From Squalus acanthias (Eukaryota): a stretch of DNA of 64,000 nucleotides. Shown here piece after piece: positions 51,006 through 61,904 of this stretch. Both the position numbers and the translations under genes were made by a program. The DNA lies in the NCBI GenBank assembly GCA_030390025.1, contig CM059436.1, positions 39,370,001 to 39,434,000 of the forward strand, in the 5' to 3' direction. The notes under the pieces are model-generated. The model saw nothing but the letters and a program-made list of their open reading frames with translations. It was not told the origin of the DNA and did no database searches. How positions within the stretch are numbered: the first letter of the stretch is position 1; each line of letters starts with the position of its first letter.

Positions 51006-53770
51006 AACTTGGCTGTCATCACAGTACATTATTCCTCACAGTTCATGCAAAGTTCACAGACAAGCATGAAATGGCCATTTCTTTCCCCAACAACTGTTCA
51101 AATGGGCCATCCTTTCCATCAGAGAACAAGCAGGCAGGGCTGGCAGGCCTTGGAAATGGAATTGGATACGAGCTGTCTGAGTCCACTAAAGTATTATAAC
51201 CTCTGCACATCAGCAGATGGGAGCAATGCATCAGGCTAAGCAGGGATTCCAGGGCGAGGGCAAAGAGGAGCTGGCATTTCTGACAAAAGCCCGTAGGCTT
51301 CTGTATCAGACAACTGTGTAAGATTAGGTTTGCCAAGCAATGCAGTTTTGTCTTGTCGAAAGAGATTCAATCCATGTTTTCTGCCCCTATTGCTGTTAGT
51401 AAAATCTACCCAATTATTAATATTTAATACAGTTTAGTTCCTGAAATAGACTCCATACTCTTACTATCATCTATTTCCAAAATGTTTTTTTTAACCAGAG
51501 TTCGATTATAATGTATCTACACTAGTTGAGTACCACTGGTAAACCACAAAGTGCCACAGCGACCTATTACCCTAGATAGAGCAAAACACATGAACTGAAC
51601 AAGTGGCTCATCTGAGAAAAAGGAGAAGGATATCCATATTTTATAACCTACATTAATTTGACCAGACATCGAGAGAAGGATTCCATTATGAATGGGCTTT
51701 TAGAAAGGGCTGTTATTTAATTGTCTATTCCTGCTTACCCAACATTTCCAATGTTTAAGCTACACATATTGAGTAAATATTAGACGCTTCATTTGTTTGC
51801 TCTCTTTCCTAGCTTACTGTTTTTTTTTGTGGAGGTGGAGGGATGGGTTAATAGAATAATCACATTTTCCTGGCTGCTATAAAGCATCATTTCAAAACTA
51901 GTTGGGTGGAAAAAAAATTAGAGAACTTATTTGTAGGGGATAGCATGTAAAGGATTATCCTTCCCACAGTTGTACACTTGTAGAAACATATTTTCATATA
52001 GGTTCTTTCGATGTTAGGCGCCTGATTTCTACAAATGTACTGTAAAACACCTTTAACCTGTACATATACATCTAATTGCTGGTGAGGCTTTTGTTAGCTT
52101 TCAGAGTCCCAAGTTTTACTGCATTAATGCATAGAAATGGCTCACCAGGGAATATTTGCTGCACTTTTTAATAAAGGGAAAAAAACAATAGGAACAGTAT
52201 ATACACAGTTGGCCCATTCCCTCGTAGCAGTGTTAGCTTTTGTGAAGAGGATCCCCATCTCTCAACACATTTGTTACTGTCATACTCTTGGGGTCTGTAG
52301 AGTTCTTTTAAAAAATTGCTGAATTAGCTGAAAGGAGCTATAGACTTCAAGAACAAATCTACTGGGGACTGCTGAGGGAAGAAGAAAGAGTAAAACACGA
52401 CACACGACAGAGCAGCTAACAGATAGCTGGAGAGGGATGCCCTAATGCCCAGCTGCTGCCTCCCCTAGACAGCTCATCCTCTTCTTTTGTCAATCCAAGG
52501 CATTGTGGTTGCATTTGTGCAGGGATTTATAGTTTATCTTTATCTATTGCTTCATCTGTAGGTAGCTATTATAGATGCCTGGGCTGGTTATTGTTTGGGG
52601 GTGATAGATCTGTCTGTACTTCATCAAAGAAACTGGAGTAGCTAAAAGCCATTGGGTGAAGCTTATGATGAAATACGAGCCATCAGCCTCAGTAATGGCT
52701 GTAAAATTTCATAATTACATGTCCTTTATTACATTGCATAATGATCCTGAAGCAGTATGAAACAATTAATTAAGATTTTGAACCATGGCTTTTTTGAAAT
52801 TAAAAGGTACTCGGTCTGTGAAATGGGGAAGTGGCTTTCCTTTAAAGCATGAAGGAGACGGGTGTTCAGGGAATCTGATGTATTGAGCCTAGATTTGTAA
52901 GATGCACTGAACTAAGGAAAATTCCTCTCAAGCAATCATAAATGAAGTATTTTGTACAAAATGTAGTGTCATAGTACCCCAGATTAGACTTGTCACATCT
53001 GCCATTTTCCACAGCTATTTGCCTCATTCAGTGTTTTTGGTGTAGCTGATAAGAAATTGAGTGACTTGTAAAGTGCAGACATTTTTTAAAAACTGCTCTT
53101 GTTTAGTGTTTCTTTCTAAAGACTTTATCAGTATCAAAAATGGAATTCTGAAAAAAAATGCATCAAAATGTTTGATTTTTCTTGCTTTCATGCTGAGCAT
53201 ATTATATGCAAAAGAAACCTACTGATTCATAATAGTGAACTTTGCTTAAAGTTTATTCTGTTAATGTGTTGTAATATTCAAGTGGTAGACTTTTAGTGCT
53301 ATTTTAATATACCACAACAAAACATTTCAATACACGATTAAGAGTTTAATGAATAAAAGCATTGTCATGTTGAAAAGAGTAATATTTAAAGAAATGTTTT
53401 TAAAGTAATAATTGGCAAGAAAAGAGGTAATTGGAAGTGAGCAAATAAAGATGGTCACTCAGTTAGTTACCATGGAGGCTGGATTTACGATGGTTGAGGA
53501 TTGGATTTTCTTTGTGTGTTTATGCTCATTGTCTTATTCCTAAAGTAGTGCTATAAGGCCCAAAGCTGGCAGTGGGACGATGGAAATCAGGCGATTTGAT
53601 TGGATAATTCAGATTAGGATGTTGAATAAAATGGTCAACAATTTGTTAGCTGTATTTTTTCAATCACTGTCACTGGACAATTTTGATTTAGATATTAATT
53701 TAAGCAAGATAGCTACTAAGATTATGTAGTTGCATGTTATAGTGAAATTATCTACCAGATGCTCATATTT

Positions 53771-53910
53771 CATAGAATCCTACAGCACAGAATGAGGCCA
53801 TTCAGCCCATTGTGCCTGTGCCAGCTCTCTGAAAGAGCTATCCAATTAGTCTCACTCCCCTGCTATTTTTCCATAGCCCTGCAAATTTTTCCTTTTCAAG
53901 TATATATCGA
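53771..53910 (-). mobile_element. Short CR1-type 3'-tail fragment
   Basis: CATAGAATCCTACAGCACAGAATGAGGCCATTCAGCCCAT...TCCATAGCCCTGCAAA has the same AGGCCATTCAGCCC 3'-UTR signature as the CR1 at 4443. Confidence 0.65.
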
Positions 53911-56900
53911 ATATTTAGTATATTTTTGAAATTATGCAGAAATGCCTGTGTCATTCCAGGAATTCAGCAGATAGTTCCCAGACATTAGGTGATTAAAAAA
54001 GAATCACACACAGATAATGCAGAGGTACCTATTGTTGACCCTTTAAAAAGCTAATAATATTCTTGAGCTGTTGCCATAAAATTAGAATGTAACATTTTCA
54101 TTTGATAATGCTGTAATACAGAGTCTGTTCCTAGTGTCTGCAATTTGTTTTTATTATATTCTTTAATATTTATATTTTGGTTTAAGATATTGATGGGGGA
54201 GAAGGAGAAGCGTGTGGGGGAGAACATTTATTTTCTCATAGTTTTAAAATAATAAGTCCTACAATCAAAGGGTTACACCAACAAAATAGAAACCTTGTTC
54301 ATTAAGAAGGGATCCTGTTTTTGTGATCAAGTGTTCTTAACTAATACTTATTTTAAAGCGGGAGGGTGAGGAATGCTCGGTAATGTCTTGCTATTACAGC
54401 ATTGTGCATAGTAGGCTCACCGAAATGATGAGGAAGGAGTCAGCATCTCCTAAACAGCTTGCACCAGGGGCTGAAGGAAAAATCACACAGTTTTGGGGTA
54501 ACGAGCTAGAACATTTCACTAGTGCAGAGTTATCTGATTCCATTAAAGTCATTACTGGCAGAGTGCACAGGTGCCCCCCGCCCCCCCCCCCCCCCCCTCC
54601 TCCTCCGGCTAGTGCCTGTACATTGCTGTGTGGATGCTGGCTGCCGGTTAGGACTAATGGTGTCATTCTTACAAAAATCCGGGTGTCGTTGGCTCTGATC
54701 ACTTGTCATTCCTTAATGGAAACAAAATAGTCCTCCCAGTAAGAAGCCCAATGTCATTTCACTACCCCATGCTGTCCTAGCAATAGTCAAATGACAGAGT
54801 GATTCTCAGTAGGAGTAATTAAAATGTAAATATTGATATTTTATTATTTGAAATTACTTTCCAGTACAGCATTTAATGTTGCTCCATCTGTGCAGCTCTG
54901 TTTAGTGGTCACTTAAGTGCAGCTCTGGGACATGAAGCAGCAGTTCAATCCTGTCATGTCAAAATGCTTGTTCCTGCTTAATTTTGATATCTAATTAAGT
55001 GGAAAAGTACAGTCCATACTGTAATCCAGGCATCTTAAACAGCTGCTTGGGTATATTTAGAATTAATCTTGGCTATGAATTGTCTTAATGTATGCAATTA
55101 AGAGTCTGCGCATTCCTAATTAGGTGTATTAGAATCATGCAGCTTACCATCCTGGTATAGACTTTGGGATGTCTGCCTCGAGAGCAAATGATAACGCTAC
55201 TAAATGGATTGTGATAAACATAGCAGTGTTAATGTATTTTTTTCATCCAGCATTGCTGCCGCATAGAGTTTCATCCCTTGTTTCAGTGAGATGAAAGCAG
55301 CCTCTGATAAAAGCTGAAACCACTTCAATCTGCTCAATGGCACCAGTCTACATATCAGTATGTCTCTGTTACAAAAGCTCAGGGGGATTAGGTGTTAAAA
55401 TTGTCTAATTTTCACCATATTCACTGTCTTTTAGCAAACAGAATTATTCAATACTTATTGAACATTGGAACTATATTTGAATGTAGGCAGAAAGAATCCT
55501 GTTTCAGGGAATTTGCATTTTGTACATTTTTTCTAAATGCTCAATGAATCTTGGATTAAGGGTTCAAACGGATGTTTTCAAAACTGTGTGATGTATTTCT
55601 ACTGCAGACAAACTCCTGCCCATGGCCTTATGCAGTGTAGCACATTGCATGACCAAGTTCCAGTTTTGCTTTGTTACAAGTATTAGGAAACTTTTTCTCC
55701 CCCTTCTAATATCTGCAGATGATCCAATCTATTGTATCATTGTATATTTTAGCCAAATAGGTCACTTTTCATATGTAGTTTAGCAACATATGGTCAAATG
55801 ATTTAACAAAAATGCTAATGAAACAACGTTAGCCTGGGTAGCTTAACTGATGCTGCCTTTCTCAGCTAGGCGATCGTATAGGTTTGATTTTCTCTCTCCT
55901 TCTGTTTCTTACTCTCTCTCCAAATCACCCATTACAGTGTGTTTTGTAAAGTTCCCAGGTAGCTTGGTGGGTGCAATAACTCTGCAGATGTTCCAATTAG
56001 ATGAAGGGATGGGGGGGGGAGGTTACAATAGAAAAAATAATTTCTATAATACATAAAAATACTTGCATATTACATTTCCTGCATTTCTTACCTATATAGC
56101 TTCTTTGGATTTGGAACTATGTTTAAATGTAAAGCTGCTTTGCTTCAAAACAGTATTACCAAGTCTTAAAATATTGTGTAAAGTATTGTCACCAGCTTAC
56201 TCCATGCCTTAGTATTGGAAGATATTTTTGTTTTTCTGTGGGAAATCAAAACCAGGAACTACCATTGCAACACTGAAGTCCATCAAAATTGATGAACTGA
56301 GATTCACAATAGAAATGGCAACTCTCCCATGGGGCAATACAGGATCTCTTCTGAGACAAAGATATTGCAAAGGCAACTTCCAGAATATTAGCTACTTCAC
56401 TAATGTATTTTAGACTGACACAGGCTTCATGAGAAAGTGTTTGGGGAGGAGGAAGTACTGTGCCTAATTTTCATGGTGAGCATGTCATATGCAAGAAATG
56501 CATTCATCTGTTTCAGCATGATTTACATCGTAAGCAAAGTTCGCAAATCATATTTTTAATGAAGATGGTGCCCATTTGAAACAGTGGAAACTGCATATAT
56601 TGCATCTCGCCTTATTTCTATTTACTCCCCATTCTTTAGCTTAGGTCCACCACGTGCTAATTCTGATAAAGAACGCAAGCAGTCTGTTCTCAGGTTTCCT
56701 ATACAGTTGTATAATTGGCCACCAGAAGGTGTGCAAGAGCAATGTTAGTTCATTGTTTCATCTTGGTGTCTTTCAGATGGCCCAAGTAAGACTGCAATGT
56801 CATCAGTGATGGATCATGGGGAGAACACGGGCACAAAATTTGGATTGGTAGCGACCGTTGTTTGGGCGCGATGGGTGCTATTGGCATGCCAAAATGGCAT

Positions 56901-57315
56901 CCAATATGCATGTGCGCACTTGTTGGGCAAATTGCGCCAGACGCCATATTGATTATGGCGTTAGCGCGTGCGCAGTGAACGTCCGCCAGAAGTATACAGA
57001 TTAGGCAGATCATGACGTCAGCATGCAGCACTGATTTGATGCCAGCGGTGTCATTTTGGAGCTCACGCTTCAGCTAACACAGCTGAACACGCATTCAGCA
57101 GCAGGAAGGACCCCCCCCACTAGCGCTATTTAAAGGGATCATCAACTACTTTCAGATTAGTTTCTTTCTTTCTTTCTTCTTTAGTTGCTGGTTGATTTCT
57201 TCTGGCTGTTGCTACGATTCTACTGTTTGGTGCTTTCTATAGTTGTTTCAAGTCGCAGGAGTGGTGTGGCAGGGTGCTGACTTTTTGCTGACTTGAAAGC
57301 TTCTGCACAAGCTAC

Positions 57316-59848
57316 TTGCTGCCAGACACGGGTGCACTAGTAGGAATTCCCCTTGGAATACAGCATGACTTGGAGAATGAACAGAAGCCACGCAGAGCAG
57401 GACATGCTGCTGGAAGAGTGAGGAAGAGGAAGGGGAGAAGTGCTCTCAGCAGGAGGCCATATCCGCCCAGGGTGTTCAGGGAGCAATTCTCCTGCCTGAA
57501 CCTCAGTGAGGAACAGTATGTGAGATGTCTGCACTTCAGTAAGGACATCCTCACTGAAATCTGCCACCTGCTGCAGCCACAACTGCAACCTCAGAGCAGG
57601 GCAAGGACCGCATAGCCAGTGGTTATGAAGGTGACCATGGCGATGAATTTTTTCTGCGTCTGGCTCCTTCCAGGCTGGGCCGGGAGATATTTGCAATTTG
57701 ATGCCCACTCTTGCATAAGGGAGGTCACTGATGCTCTCTATTCAAATGGTTCCCGCGGATTGGAAGATGCAAAATGTAACCCCACTATTTAAGAAAGGAG
57801 GGAGAGAGAAAACAGGGAACGACAGACCAGTTAGCCTGACTTCAATAGTAGGGAAAATGCTAGAATCTATTATTAAGGACGTGGTAATAGGGCACTTAGA
57901 AAATAATAATAGGATTGGGCAGAGTCAACACGGATTTATGGAAAGGGAAATCGTGTTTGACGAACCTGTTTTTTGAGGATGTAACTAGCAGAATAGATAA
58001 GGGGGAACCAGTGGATGTGGTGTATTTGGATTTTCAGAAGGCATTCGATAAAGTGCCACACAAGAGGTTATTAAACAAAAGTAGGGCTCATGGGATTGGG
58101 GGTAACATGGATTGAGGATTGGTTAATGGACAGAAAACAGAGAGTAGGAATAAACGGGACTTTTTCGGGTTGACAGGCTGTAACTAATGGGGTACCGCAA
58201 GGATCAGTGCTTGGGCCTCAGATATTCACAATCTACATCAATGATTTGGATGAGGGGACCAAATGTAATATATCCAAGTTTGCTGATGATACAAAACTGG
58301 GTGGGATTGTAAGTTGTGAGGAGGATGCAAAGAGGCTTCAAGGGGATATAGACAGGCTAAGTGAATGGGCAAAAACATGGCAAATGGAATATAATGTGGA
58401 GAAATATGAAGTTATCCACTTTGGTAGGAAAAATAGAAAAGCAGAGTATTTTTTAAATGGTGAGAGATTGGGAAATGTTGGTGTTCAGAGGGACCTGGGT
58501 GTCCTTGTACACGAATCACTGAAAGTTAACATGCAGGTACAGCACGCAATTAAGAAAGCAAATGGTATGTTGGCCTTTATTACAAGAGGATTTGAGTATA
58601 AGAGTAAAGACGTCTTACTGCAATTATATAGGGGCCCTGGTGAGACCGCACCTGGAGTATTGTGTACAGTTTTGGTCTCCTTACCTAAGGAAGGATATAC
58701 TTGCCATAGAGCACATGCAATAAAGGTTCACCAGACTGATTCCTGGGATGGGGGGTTGTCTTATATTCTCTGGAGTTTAGAAGAATGAGAGGTGATCTCA
58801 CTGAATTTTTACAGGGCTTGACAGGGTATGCAGGGAGGATGTTTCCCCTGGCTGGGGAGTCTAGAACCAGGGGTCACAGTCTCAGAATAAGGGGTCGACC
58901 ATTTAGGACTGAGATGAGGAGAAATTTCTTCACTCGGAGCTTGGTGAATCTTTGGAATTCTCTACCCCAGAGGGCTGTGGAGGCTCAGTCGTTGAGTATA
59001 TTCAAGACAGAGATCGATAGATTTTTGGATATTAAGGGAATCAAAGGATATGGGAATAGTGCAGGAAAGTGGAGTTGAGGTAGAAGATCAGCCATGATCT
59101 CATTGAATGGCTGAGCAGGCTCGAGGGGCTGAATGGCCTACTCCTGTTCCTATTTCTTATGTTCTTGCATTTCATTCTTTCTTGCCAGAGACCAGCAGGT
59201 GGAGCGAGCACATGGCTTCACGAGGATTGCAGGCTTCCCCTTGGTGCCATTGACTGCATGCGCATCGCTTTGCTGGCGCTGCATGTCAGCTCTGCCATAC
59301 ACTAGAACCGAAAGGGATTCCACTCCCTCAATGCCCAGCTGGTGTGCGACCATAGATGCAGGTCAATGCCCGATATCCTGGCAGCAGTCATGATGGCTTC
59401 ATTCTGTGGCAGTCCGCTGTGCCTGCTGCATTTGAGCTGCCACGACAAACCAGAGGACGGCTACTGGGCGACAAGGGCTATCCGCTGACGACATGGCTGA
59501 TGACTCTGGTGCGCAACCCACACACACACGTGTGCAGCATGCATACAATGAAAGCCATGCTGCCACACAAAATGTGATAAAGCAGACCATTGGCATGCTG
59601 AAACAATGCTTCCGCTGCCTGGATTGCTTTGGAGGAGCCCTGCAGCACTCGGCAGAGTGAGTGTCAAGGTTTGTTATGGTCTGCTGCATGCTGCACAACC
59701 TCGCAATCATGGTGGCGCAGCCCATGCCAACACCTATATGGCTGCAGCTGAGGAGGAGGAGGAGGAAGAGGAAGGAACGAGGCAACCTAGATAGCACCTT
59801 TCTGCCCGGGCTGTCCGTGAAGAACTCATCTGAGTGCGATACCAGTAA
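57316..59848 (+). pseudogene. Harbinger (HARBI1-like, DDE_Tnp_4) transposase pseudogene split by a CR1 insertion
   Basis: N-part: RRPYPPRVFR..LSEEQYVRCLHFSK..ASGSFQ..EVTDALY. C-part after 59166: IAGFP..GAIDC, NRKGFHSLNAQLVCD, ARYPGSSHDGFIL, LLGDKGYPL, YNESH..NVIKQTIGMLKQCFRCLD, CCMLHNLA. Multiple stops and frameshifts. Confidence 0.9.
57746..59166 (+). mobile_element. CR1 LINE fragment (RT domain and 3' UTR) inserted in the transposase
   Basis: VPADWK..NVTPLFKKG..RPVSLTS, YLDFQKAFDKVPH, GVPQGSVLGP, KFADDTKL; tail CCTATTTCTTATGTTCTT. Confidence 0.96.
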
Positions 59849-59994
59849 CCGAATCCCCAATTCCCCATTCACCAACAGTCCCACACCTTACCTTCCCTCT
59901 GTCACTGACCATCACAGCGTCTGCTTGGCCACAAAACAAACATTTCAAACAAAATTCATAAATGAAATCATGCTATACAGCATACAAACATAAA

Positions 59995-61904
59995 CTAATC
60001 ACCCTTATGCATTCCGTTAGTGCCTGTCTTCCGTGTGCCTTTGCCTGTCCTAGTGCTCCTACGCAGTGCTACCCCAGTGGCTGCAGCACGGCTGGTGGAA
60101 GACTGCTGATTTTCAGTGGAGGAGACTGCAGACGGCCTTGGAGGACGACCTCGAGTAGCTCTGGGCCTAGAAGGCCGAGCTGCAGACTGCACCATCTCGG
60201 CATGGGCGGCGGCAATCTGGTCTGGCTGGCTGACTGGCAACAGGAAGGGCACTGGCAGAGTGGCAGTGGTGGGAGGACGAAGGCTGTCATCCTGATAGAG
60301 GACAGCAGGTTCGTGCTCCGTGGAGCCACTGCCACTCCCCCGGGGCGGCGCCTCAGCAATCTTAGTAATCTGTCGGAGGATAGACTGCTGTGATACCTTG
60401 CAAACCCCTTTGAAGACTGTAATCCACAGCCATGATTACAGCAGTCTGAGCTTGCGTGGCAGCAAGCTGACCTTACATGACAGCAGCCTGAGCTTCCACT
60501 GCAGCACTAGACATTGGGTGGCTGCTGCTTGTGCTGCAATGGAAGCTGAGACATCGGCCATCAGACGCTGCATCGTGTTTGGGTCCACAAGTGTGCTAAT
60601 GGAGTTGGCCACCACTTCCATGCTGGAAAGGATGAGCTCAAAGACCTGTGCCAAGTTGGTGCCGGACTTCTCCATGCTCCTTGACATTGCACGCTGGCTT
60701 TCTGGCAGGCTTCCCAATGCACCAAGCATTTTATTGTGCGTACCCATCAGCCTTCTTCTGTAGCCTGCCCTATCGAAGTTTTCATCTGAGTCTGCTGCAG
60801 CAGAACTCATGTGCGACCTCACCCTCCGGCGAGCTGGCACCTGCGCTACCCTTGTCCCCTGCCCAGGGTGCAGCACACTCGTGCCCAGTGTCTCACCACG
60901 TACAGATCCCGCCTCTAATCTATCCTCTAAATTACACACAGTGTCAGTATCTGAGCTGGTGGCTGCGAGAGTGAAATTGAGTGACTGTGTGTCTTCATCA
61001 TTACTGTCTTCTTGCTGTTCCACCACTGCCTGGGCAGGTTGCAGTTCTTGGGTATCTGAAAGGAGAAAGGCACACTAGTAAGGTTGTAGTGAGGGGAAGG
61101 GAGGAAGTAAGCGGTGCATGCTTACACCAGCTGCAGCTTGTAAATCAGAATAGATTGTGGAATGAGGGGGAAGTGCGATGTGAGAAGGAGGATTGGGTAT
61201 GAGGATACAGTCATCTTCGATGGTTTGAGCCCCGCCCCTGGCCACAGGCTCAGCAATGGCCACTCCAATAATGGCCAGCACTGTCTCCTCCATGGGAGTT
61301 AGGACATGCAGGCGCACCTGTCCCCCCCCGCCGGCGCACCTGCCCCCCCCCGCCAGTTAGCTCCTGCTGCCTCCGTGTCCTGCAAGAGAGAGGGAATTGT
61401 GTCAGAGCGTGCCATTCAATCTGTTTGGGTAAAGTGGCTGTCATGATTGAATAGCTTGTAGTGTGTGCAAGCTGTGAGTTGTGGGTGTGAGGCTTGCAGC
61501 GGTGCTAAGTGTGTCAGGGTGAGGTGAAGCTATGAATGTCAGGTATGAGTTCTGATTGATAGAGACTGGTGGTAGGTGTGTGATGGTTGTGTGGTGCATT
61601 GAGCAGTGGCTAAGGTTAGTGCTGTGGTTGGTGGGATATGGCATTTGAAGGTGCATTCACTAACCTTGACCACCCGTGTGAGGTATTTGAACTTCTTCAG
61701 GCACTGCATCCAGGTCCTCAGGGCTTGACTCCTGGCACTGACCTCCACAGCTATCTGCTCCCAATTCCTTCTCAGCGTGTGTCTGGAGGGCCTCCTGGCC
61801 CCCTGCAGATACAGGACATCTCTCTTCCTTTCCACCTCCTCCATTAAGGCCTCCAGTGTAGCGTCCAAAAACCTTGGAGCCCACTCTCTCCCATTTTGTG
61901 CCAT
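59995..61904 (-). pseudogene. Harbinger Myb/SANT-like DNA-binding protein gene, three exons, decayed
   Basis: Exon 61665-61904 (MAQNGREWAPRFLDATLEALMEEVERKRDVL...WEQIAVEVSARSQALRTWMQCLKKFKYL, trihelix Myb/SANT pattern) with donor GTTAGT. Exon 61209-61379 after TTCCCTCTCTCTTGCAG (..LTPMEETVLAIIG..). Last exon starts at 61055 after CTTTCTCCTTTCAG and ends in a basic tail LRRSTRTGKGTRK. Confidence 0.8.

Noticed and set aside
50772-51199. ORFs containing X runs
   Set aside because: Artefacts of translating through the N gap.
54383-54730. Poly-Pro and poly-Gly ORFs
   Set aside because: Produced by a poly-C tract; no splice or homology support.
59962-61202. Several overlapping plus-strand ORFs of 100-147 aa
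   Set aside because: Antisense to the GC-rich Myb/SANT gene remnant.
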